A stretch of DNA of 64,000 nucleotides from Fibrobacteria bacterium. GTDB taxonomy: Bacteria > Fibrobacterota > Fibrobacteria > UBA11236. Each line of letters begins with the position of its first letter. Within the stretch, counting starts at the first letter, position 1. This document shows, piece by piece, positions 56,781 through 64,000 of the stretch. The stretch spans positions 46,338 through 110,337 of the forward strand of contig JAYTHY010000006.1 of the NCBI GenBank assembly GCA_043732185.1, read 5' to 3'. Below the pieces are notes generated by a model. It ran no database searches. It was given only the letters and a program-made list of their open reading frames with translations, and was not told the DNA's origin. The position numbers and the translations under genes were made by a program.

Positions 56781-59201
56781 ATGAGAGACAAATCGGAAGG
56801 CAAAATGGCCACCAAGCAGTCTCCCGTTGCCTTGCGTTTTGTTCCCGCTACATTGATCACAGGCTTTTGCCTTACCCTACTGCTTTTTTCACCGGATGTA
56901 TCCGAATGGACCAAACCTTGGTTTTACGGATTGTTCTTGAAAGGAAAAGGTGCGCCCCCAGCATCCCATTCCGTTGCAGTGGTTTCCGCTGCCACCGAAT
57001 TGGGCGAACTCAACCGCGAATCGCTGACGACGGTGGTAAAATCCATTCTCCAATTGCACCCCAAAATCCTGGCCATCAATCTGCCGGCCGCCTCAACAAC
57101 GGACCCAACCCTATCCATCAACGCACCCACCCAGGGGGACGTGGTCATTGCACATGGATTCCATAGCTTGCAGCCTTGGGTCTTTACGGATGCAGGAATG
57201 CAGCCCTATTCGTCCATCCTTTCCCACTCCCTGTATCCGCTTTTGGACGGTCCCGGCCAAGCCTTAAATCTTCCCATGGGCCAAGGACTGGAGATGTCCG
57301 ACACGCTGCTGAAATGGACTTGGGCCTCGACAGGATTTTCTTGGCCCCTGGAAAAAAAGAACCTCTACACTGTGCAGGCTTTTGCGCGTCTTGGGCGAGG
57401 CGTTGTCGGCAACTTGGCCGTAGAGGCTGTACGCCGTTCCCTGGGCGTTTCCGCCCAAAAAGTTGGCTACCTGGATGGAATAGGCGTGCTCATTGACGCA
57501 GACCATGTTGTGCCTTTAGACTCACGGGGACGAATGTACCTTAGGTTTCATTCCGCGGGTGACATTCCACGCTTTTCGGCTACTAGCTTGATCAATGGCA
57601 GCGTGCCGATAGAGTCTGTGCGCGGCAGGATCGTTTTTCTGGATGCAGTGGCCTTGGACGCACCAGGAATTAAAACTCCCACAGGACACCGTTCTGCCAC
57701 GGAAATCTGGTCGGAAGCCGCTGCTGGAATACTCGATAAGACACTCATAACCGCACCGGCATGCGGATCTATTTTGCCGATAATTCTAGGGATTATTTTT
57801 TCGAGCCTTGTGATCCTCACCTTAGTGCTTGATTTCAGCAGCGCAACGGCTTTGGCCTTGGCGTTGTTTTTGGCCGGACTGTACCCGTTTATCGCCTTCG
57901 TGATTTTTGTAAAATCCTCGTTGTGGCTGCCACCGGCACTACCAGCCATGATGGTTGCGGTAAGCTTCATTCCTTTTTTTGCCGTGCGCCTACTCTTCCC
58001 TACACCTGTCCAAAAATCAATGGCTATTCCTCCAACTTCCGGCTTCGACCCAGTGCTCCTATCCATGGCCAGCGGAGGTGCACGTCCGGGCGCCGCAAGA
58101 ACTGGCCTGTCGCAAACCCCGCCCCGGGGTATTCCTGTCCAGGCTGCAGCGCCATCAATAGCCAATCCCTCTCCCCCACTGCGTTTCTCCGATCCTCGCG
58201 ACCCGCCCATCATCCCTTCTCCGAAAGACGCCACACCTTCTACTGGCAACAAAGATGCGCTACCCAGGCATGCCCATCCCGCCCCAACACCCGCCTATCA
58301 AGCACCGGCAGCGCCTGTCCATACGGGTAATATTTCCGATGATATCGAACGGGATGTCAAGGGTGGATTGATTCGCGTCGGCAAATACAAGATTGTCCGG
58401 AAAATGGGATTTGGATCAGCCGGCGATGTTTTCGAAGGCTTTGACACGCATATGGGACGAAAAGTCGCCATCAAAACCATCACTAAAAATGCGTCCTCCC
58501 ATTTCGACCGCGCAGCGGAACGTTTTGTCCTGGAGGCAAAGGCAGCCGGCTCATTGAACCACCCGTGTATCAATACCGTTTACGACTTCGGCACCGTTCG
58601 TGAGGTATCTTACATGGTACTCGAATACCTGGACGGAATCACCCTTTCCCAATGGATGCGCAATAATACCACGCCTCCCATGCCCCAAGCAGTGGCCCAC
58701 TGGCTGCAACAAATCAGTTCGGCCTTGGATTTTGCCCATGGACATAAGGTCATTCATCGCGATCTTAAACCCGCCAATCTAATGGTGGTCAACAACGGCG
58801 CAACCATCAAACTATTGGATTTCGGCATCGCCAAAATGGAAGATGTCGGCTTAACGCAAACCGGCATGACTGTGGGCACGCCATCTTACATGTCTCCTGA
58901 ACAGCTAAGCGGGCTCAAGGTGAGTCCTGCTTCGGACCAATATGGATTGGCCGTCGTCATTTATCAGCTGCTGACTTATAAACTACCGTATATCGGCACA
59001 AAAATTCCTGAACTGTGCAACCGCATTCTCAAAAATGAGCTCGTACCCATCCTTGAATTTAATCCAGCGCTCGGTGTCGCATTTTGGGAGGCATTGCGCA
59101 AAGGCATGTCTAAAACACCAGAAGATAGGTATGCAAATTGCACGGAAATGTATCAGGCCTTAGAAGCCGCTTTCCCTTTATCCGATCCTGCATACGTTTG
59201 A
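56781..59201 (+). CDS. CHASE2-like sensor + 3 TM + Pro-rich linker + Ser/Thr kinase
   Basis: VPLDSRGRMYLRF...GRIVFL...TPTG; GFGSAG, VAIK, HRDLKPAN, DFG, GTPSYMSPE. Confidence 0.85.
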   Translation: MRDKSEGKMATKQSPVALRFVPATLITGFCLTLLLFSPDVSEWTKPWFYGLFLKGKGAPPASHSVAVVSAATELGELNRESLTTVVKSILQLHPKILAINLPAASTTDPTLSINAPTQGDVVIAHGFHSLQPWVFTDAGMQPYSSILSHSLYPLLDGPGQALNLPMGQGLEMSDTLLKWTWASTGFSWPLEKKNLYTVQAFARLGRGVVGNLAVEAVRRSLGVSAQKVGYLDGIGVLIDADHVVPLDSRGRMYLRFHSAGDIPRFSATSLINGSVPIESVRGRIVFLDAVALDAPGIKTPTGHRSATEIWSEAAAGILDKTLITAPACGSILPIILGIIFSSLVILTLVLDFSSATALALALFLAGLYPFIAFVIFVKSSLWLPPALPAMMVAVSFIPFFAVRLLFPTPVQKSMAIPPTSGFDPVLLSMASGGARPGAARTGLSQTPPRGIPVQAAAPSIANPSPPLRFSDPRDPPIIPSPKDATPSTGNKDALPRHAHPAPTPAYQAPAAPVHTGNISDDIERDVKGGLIRVGKYKIVRKMGFGSAGDVFEGFDTHMGRKVAIKTITKNASSHFDRAAERFVLEAKAAGSLNHPCINTVYDFGTVREVSYMVLEYLDGITLSQWMRNNTTPPMPQAVAHWLQQISSALDFAHGHKVIHRDLKPANLMVVNNGATIKLLDFGIAKMEDVGLTQTGMTVGTPSYMSPEQLSGLKVSPASDQYGLAVVIYQLLTYKLPYIGTKIPELCNRILKNELVPILEFNPALGVAFWEALRKGMSKTPEDRYANCTEMYQALEAAFPLSDPAYV

Positions 59202-59231
59202 AGGGTTTTTACTAATGAAAGGTTTCACTAC

Positions 59232-61121
59232 GTGATTGGCAATGTTCGGTCGATAACCGTTTTCTCCTATTTTGCATATTCCCTGACTCTGGGGCAGAAT
59301 TCAACTAAACCTGTTAGTTCGCAAACCCCTGCCACATCGGCTCCCATTGAAAAGTCCACGGCAGATAAAAATGGAGATCCTGCACTTAAGAAGATTAAAG
59401 TCGCATATCAGAATAGTCAATTTAAAGACGCGGAAGACCGACTCAATCGCCTGATCAGGCAGTCGAATAAGGCTGCAACTTTGGAAGAGGCAACGCTTCT
59501 TTTAGCTGATGTCGAAATTCGTCTGAACCATAATGACGTCGCACTTGCCGTTATTGGCCGCTTTCAGCGCACTTTTCCCAGCTCATTACAAATAGCCCGT
59601 ATCAACTACTACCAGGGCCAAGCCCTATTGAATCAAGGCAAGTACGGAGCAGCCGCCAAATCCTTTGCTATTGCCGCCTCCCAATCCATGAAAGAGGGAG
59701 TATACGAAGCATCCAGCAAGGGCCTTTGGCATATCGTGGATGGAGGGGGCCTGACCAGCGAAGAAATGGAAGCCACCCTGGACGTGCTCAACCGCGATCC
59801 CACGCTACAAGCCGGTCTCATGGAACGAATCGGTGATCAATACCTGCGCGAAGGTCGTTATCAGGCTGCCCGGCATACCTTTGAAGAATGGCTGGACCAG
59901 TTTCCGAAATCGGAAGCCGCTTCGCGGATTAAGTCCAAACTGAAACAAAGCAAAGACTCCCCGCAGCAAAATCGAACCGTACTGCTGATGGCCCCGATGA
60001 CGGGAGAGTTCCAGGAAATTGGAAAGGCCGTCAAAGAAGGAGCGTATTTAGCCCTCGACGAAAACAATGCGCGTGGAATTGGCGGTCGCGTGGATACGCG
60101 AATCCTCGACGACCAAGGTAACCTTATTATTGGAATCCATCGATTGCGCAAAACCATGCGCGACGAAAAAATCGATGCCATTCTGGGGCCTGCAATGAGC
60201 GATTTAAGCGCTGCAGCCGCCATCGATCTTTCTGCGCGCAAAAGCCTAGTGCCCATGGTAACGCCCACTGCAACCACTCATGGTATCGCAGCCTTGGGCG
60301 ACGGCATCTTCCAGTTAAATGTAACAACCGGTACTTTAGGACAAAGAGTGGCCACTTATGCCGTGTCTTGCCTCAAGCTCAAAGACTTTGCCATTGTTGC
60401 GCCAAACAGCGAATACGGTTTCCAACTCGCCGAGGCTTTTCAAAAAGCCGTAGAAAAAATCGGCGGCACCATCCTCACCACACAATACTACGAACCGGAC
60501 GCTAATGATCTGGGGCCCCAATATGCGGAGATTCGAATACTGGCCGTAAAAATCTATTTCGAAAAATTGAAAATTGAAACTGGCGCTTCTGCTCCTGATG
60601 CCAAGACTTACGCCAAGGCGCTTTCCGACTCGACCCTAATGCTCGATGGTATTTTTATGCCCGCAACCAATGGTGAGGAAGCCTACAAGGTGGCTTCCCA
60701 AGCCTCCTTCAACAAACTGCGCGCACAATTCCTGGGCTCTTCTGGCTGGAACGATAAAGCCATCCTACATCGCAGCGGCGCCGGCGCCCTGATGGGCTCG
60801 ATATTCAGTATGGACTTTCAGGAGAATCCCAAAACTGAAGCTTGGTCCAACTTCAGCCGCGCCTTTTCAGCCAGGTGGAAACATCCTCCCGATAAGGTCG
60901 CGGCGCTATCTTACGATGCAGCAAAATTCCTGTTGCAGGGCATGTCCACGGCTTCCGGCGAGGATCAGCTGATTCCCAGCCTCAAATCTATCCGGAGCTT
61001 CAACGGCGTGCTCGGACGAATTGAATTCGATGAAAAATACGGTGCCAATGCAAATGCCGCCCTCTACCGCATTGAAAAAAAAGGTTTCAACGAAATCGAA
61101 TCCTGCTCGGAAACGGATTAG
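59232..61121 (+). CDS. TPR + periplasmic-binding-protein fold (LpoA/LppC-like PBP activator)
   Basis: TPR N-terminus; LMAPMTG, AILGP, YGFQLAEAF, ALSYDA, GVLGRIEF. Confidence 0.75.
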   Translation: MIGNVRSITVFSYFAYSLTLGQNSTKPVSSQTPATSAPIEKSTADKNGDPALKKIKVAYQNSQFKDAEDRLNRLIRQSNKAATLEEATLLLADVEIRLNHNDVALAVIGRFQRTFPSSLQIARINYYQGQALLNQGKYGAAAKSFAIAASQSMKEGVYEASSKGLWHIVDGGGLTSEEMEATLDVLNRDPTLQAGLMERIGDQYLREGRYQAARHTFEEWLDQFPKSEAASRIKSKLKQSKDSPQQNRTVLLMAPMTGEFQEIGKAVKEGAYLALDENNARGIGGRVDTRILDDQGNLIIGIHRLRKTMRDEKIDAILGPAMSDLSAAAAIDLSARKSLVPMVTPTATTHGIAALGDGIFQLNVTTGTLGQRVATYAVSCLKLKDFAIVAPNSEYGFQLAEAFQKAVEKIGGTILTTQYYEPDANDLGPQYAEIRILAVKIYFEKLKIETGASAPDAKTYAKALSDSTLMLDGIFMPATNGEEAYKVASQASFNKLRAQFLGSSGWNDKAILHRSGAGALMGSIFSMDFQENPKTEAWSNFSRAFSARWKHPPDKVAALSYDAAKFLLQGMSTASGEDQLIPSLKSIRSFNGVLGRIEFDEKYGANANAALYRIEKKGFNEIESCSETD

Positions 61122-61149
61122 ACCATGACCTTGGTTAAGGAGGCTTAGT

Positions 61150-61362
61150 TTGTCTACCTGTTGGGATATGCTATGCGGTGAAGATTGTGCCTATTGCCGT
61201 TACAAGCAGGCTCGCTATCGTCAAGGATTCAGCACACCCTGTTACGAATGGTTTAGGGAACGGAAAATCGAAAAAAAATGCCGACAATGTTTATTTTACT
61301 TGGAACAGCGCAAAACCAATCCAGCGCTTGTAGACGATCCCGCCTGGCACCCAGCCACCTAG
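61150..61362 (+). CDS. Small Cys-rich protein (two-CW-domain-like)
   Basis: AAGGAGG RBS, TTG start; CWD..C...C..C...CYE...C..C..Y. Confidence 0.65.
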   Translation: MSTCWDMLCGEDCAYCRYKQARYRQGFSTPCYEWFRERKIEKKCRQCLFYLEQRKTNPALVDDPAWHPAT

Positions 61363-61374
61363 GAACACATTAGC

Positions 61375-62583
61375 GTGCAAAAACCGGACGAAGCCATCTC
61401 GCTCATTGAATTGAGGGTGGAAAAACTGGTTCCCGGTGGAGACGGGATGGCCCACCATAACGGTAAAGTGGTTTTTATTCCAGCAACTTTGCCCGAGGAA
61501 AAAGTGCGCGTGCGAATCCTAAAGGGAAAAAAGGATTTTGCCCATGCTGAGGTAATGGAGATTATAGAAGCGTCCCCGTTACGTCAGGCTCCGCCCTGTA
61601 AAGTGGCCGGAATATGCGGTGGTTGTGATTGGCAGCACATCGAGTATCAAGAACAGATTAGACAAAAAGTGGCTTTGACCGAGGACGCCCTTCGCCGGAC
61701 CGGAGGCTTTTCCTTTCCAGGTTTGGTCATGGAAACTGGGAAACCGCTCGGTTACCGTAATCGGGTACAAATCCACCGGGATGCATTGGGGCGAAGCGGT
61801 TTTTTGGCTAAGTCCAGCCACGACATCGTGCCCATTTCCACTTGCCCAGTAGCCCATCCAGCCTTGAATACACTGTTCCAATCACCACCCAAAATGCCAT
61901 CCCAAACGGCAGTGGAAGTCAGTCAAAAAGATCTGGAATTCTCCAGAAACCGATTTCCAGCATGGGCTCATTCCATGCCTGCGGGCAGCGATGATTTTCT
62001 CATCAGTGGCGAGGACGGTTCCGTTGAAACCGGCTTCTCGGTGGATGTACAGGGACGCGCCATTCATTTCGACCTGCGCTGTTTTTTTCAAAGCAATTTA
62101 GAGATGCTGGAGAAACTCCTGTCCTTTGCTTTAAAAGGATTGACGGGCAAATCCGCAATGGATCTGTACTGCGGCATCGGCCTCTTTGGAGCGTTTTTGA
62201 AGGATGGCTTTGACACTATTTTAGCCGTTGAAGAAAATCCAATCGCGTTAAGCTATGCCCGTCGTAACATTGGAGGCAAGCATGTTTTTCTACAAGGGAA
62301 ACTGGAAGACCTGATTCTAAAGGGTCAACGTGAACTTGTGAATTTTCACTCGGATGTCATCCTCGTCGATCCACCCCGATCCGGGCTCGACACCGCTGTA
62401 CGCGATTTTCTGATTGCTGCGCGCCCAGAAAAACTTGTCTACGTTTCCTGCAATCCTGTTACCCTGGCTCGCGATTTAAAAGCCCTGTTGGCCGCAGGTT
62501 TTATCCTGGAAGATCTTCGCCTTTTCGACTTCTATCCCCAGACTTCCCATATAGAAGCAGTCGCCAAACTCAAAACAGCATGA
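61375..62583 (+). CDS. RNA (uracil-5)-methyltransferase, TrmA/RlmD family with TRAM domain
   Basis: CGGC Fe-S motif, FFQ, DLYCGIG, DPPRSG, YVSCNP, FYPQTSHIE. Confidence 0.92.
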   Translation: MQKPDEAISLIELRVEKLVPGGDGMAHHNGKVVFIPATLPEEKVRVRILKGKKDFAHAEVMEIIEASPLRQAPPCKVAGICGGCDWQHIEYQEQIRQKVALTEDALRRTGGFSFPGLVMETGKPLGYRNRVQIHRDALGRSGFLAKSSHDIVPISTCPVAHPALNTLFQSPPKMPSQTAVEVSQKDLEFSRNRFPAWAHSMPAGSDDFLISGEDGSVETGFSVDVQGRAIHFDLRCFFQSNLEMLEKLLSFALKGLTGKSAMDLYCGIGLFGAFLKDGFDTILAVEENPIALSYARRNIGGKHVFLQGKLEDLILKGQRELVNFHSDVILVDPPRSGLDTAVRDFLIAARPEKLVYVSCNPVTLARDLKALLAAGFILEDLRLFDFYPQTSHIEAVAKLKTA

Positions 62584-62604
62584 AATTTGTAACGAATTAA
62601 TCAG

Positions 62605-63573
62605 ATGTTGCTTGCTCCGTTCATAACGATATTGGTTTTATTTTTACCCTCTTTAGTCATTTCTCAAACGCTTTATCCGGAATGGAAAGAGCGAAGCATT
62701 TTGACTTTGACCAATGCCGTGCGCATGGATCCGGTTGGATTCCGAAACCTATATGTCGGAAATTTTCAAATACTGCTTCCGCAAAATTACCCCTCGGTTA
62801 ATCCTGTCTATTGGGACACGAGCTTGAGCCGTTCTGCTCTTGTGCATTCCATCGACATGGCGAACAATTGCGGCATGCAGCATGCCTCTTGCGATGGAAC
62901 AGCGACGGGTACGCGGATCACCAAGTACTACAAGGGTGGGGGCGGATGGGCCGAGAACATCGCCGCAGGATATTCCACTCCGCTGGCAGTGATGAATGGA
63001 TGGCTAAAAGATGATGTAAATGGAGCACCGGCCGGAGACAAGTCGGGGAATGATGGGCATCGCGCGGGCATCATGAACGCCACATACCATGAAATGGGGG
63101 CCGGGTATGCCTTTGGTCCCATGGCCTACAATCATTTTTGGACCCAGGATTTCGGGGGTGGTGTTGGCGATTATTTTCCCATCCCCTCGGCTTCCCATTT
63201 TGAAATCAACACAGGAAAGACTACGTTTATGCTGGATTATTTCGCAACCGATGCAACTAACGCCACCCAGGTGACTCTCAATTTAAACGGTCAATCCTAT
63301 CCCATGGCATTGCAACTTGGCGCAGCCAATAAAGGAACTTTTTTCGTGGAATTGAACACCCCCAGCGCCTGCCAGAAGTATTTCTTTTCCGTAGTCGATG
63401 CAAAGTCCCAAACACTTCGATACCCGGTCACGGGAGATTTCCTTCTGGAAGGAAAATCTTGCGCTGCTGGCATAGTCTTTCAGAGCAAGGCAATGGCTCG
63501 ACCTGGTAATAGAAATCCTCGACTGAAAACTGGTTTCGATCTCAAAGGGAGACGGCTTGTTGGCATGAAGTAG
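62605..63573 (+). CDS. Secreted CAP (SCP/TAPS) domain protein with basic C-terminal tail
   Basis: TNAVR, HSIDM, AENIAAG, GHRAGIM, WTQDFG; tail FDLKGRR. Confidence 0.9.
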   Translation: MLLAPFITILVLFLPSLVISQTLYPEWKERSILTLTNAVRMDPVGFRNLYVGNFQILLPQNYPSVNPVYWDTSLSRSALVHSIDMANNCGMQHASCDGTATGTRITKYYKGGGGWAENIAAGYSTPLAVMNGWLKDDVNGAPAGDKSGNDGHRAGIMNATYHEMGAGYAFGPMAYNHFWTQDFGGGVGDYFPIPSASHFEINTGKTTFMLDYFATDATNATQVTLNLNGQSYPMALQLGAANKGTFFVELNTPSACQKYFFSVVDAKSQTLRYPVTGDFLLEGKSCAAGIVFQSKAMARPGNRNPRLKTGFDLKGRRLVGMK

Positions 63574-63796
63574 GGGCGCAGCCGAATCCATAAAATGAGT
63601 TCCTTCGAAAAACACCGCATACCCGAAACCCGATTTGGTCTGGACCATAGCCGATATGGACGGACAAAGCAAAATCTCCATCACCCGGCAAGCCTGTAGT
63701 TTAGGAATTTAGTGGGCTCAAAATCAATGCCCTTGGACGAGGAAGTAATGTAAATGCGATTCGCGATGAAGGAAAGGCTTGGGGTTACATTGTCAA

Positions 63797-63823
63797 CTTA
63801 TTTTGACCTTCGGTTAAAATGAG
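63797..63823. terminator. Hairpin with cUUCGg loop between convergent genes (possible terminator)
   Basis: CTTATTTTGAC-CTTCGG-TTAAAATGAG; no strong U-tract. Confidence 0.45.
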
Positions 63824-63864
63824 GAATTTTCAAATACTCGCCTACACTCTCGAAGGAACATTGA

Positions 63865-63999
63865 TTATCGTTGTAAATAGTTAACTATTGCAGGCACTAC
63901 TCGACCACCTAGGAATCCATCAACCATACTTAAGTAACTTTTTTGCGTTTCCTGAGCTGCGTCATAGTAGATAAATCCCGTCCCACTTACTGCTCCAGC
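63865..63999 (-). CDS. 3' end of a CDS entering from beyond the window (…GFLGGRVVPAIVNYLQR*)
   Basis: 44 open codons from the right edge to TAA at 63865-63867. Confidence 0.5.
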   Translation of the reverse strand, partial: AGAVSGTGFIYYDAAQETQKSYLSMVDGFLGGRVVPAIVNYLQR

Positions 64000-64000
64000 A

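Noticed and set aside
57548..58252. 234-aa minus-strand ORF and other long antisense ORFs in the track
   Set aside because: Fully antisense to well-supported genes, with no motifs of their own
63574..63796. Short ORF fragments or ncRNA after the CAP gene, including the 63283..63684 ORF
   Set aside because: No convincing RBS, motif or structure; cannot be supported without a database search
1..64000. Prophage, IS element, CRISPR array or canonical defence island
   Set aside because: No integrase, transposase, cas gene, terminal repeats or repeat-spacer periodicity seen

Overview
Gene-dense bacterial chromosomal segment. It is probably from a flagellated member of the Fibrobacterota/FCB group; this is inferred from protein families and basic C-terminal tails, not from a marker-gene search. 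From left to right: (1) a minus-strand polarity/motility-type cluster of a sigma54 response regulator, a TPR/zinc-finger membrane protein, a DUF4388 membrane protein, three roadblock-like proteins and an MglA small GTPase, the last missed by the ORF track, running off the left edge and carrying an unusual Pro-rich NPF-repeat tail; (2) housekeeping genes rpsT, a site-2 protease, folC and accD; (3) a tesA/ybbA/ybbP-like set split by two tandem MFS transporters; (4) uppP, signalling genes (HD-GYP, stand-alone REC, a degenerate CheB-REC), class I fumarase and several peptidases; (5) a tightly packed lepB - Ig lipoprotein - Ser/Thr kinase - exonuclease/degenerate DinG - lptE - dapF run; (6) a flgJ(SLT)-flgN-flgK-flgL operon with a consensus sigma54 promoter, a distant flgM-like gene with a sigma28-type promoter and a sensor-less sigma54 activator; (7) a CHASE2 Ser/Thr kinase, an LpoA-like protein, an RNA methyltransferase and a CAP protein. 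I found no rRNA, tRNA, CRISPR array, integrase or transposase. All family assignments come from motif recognition by eye and need HMM or structure confirmation.
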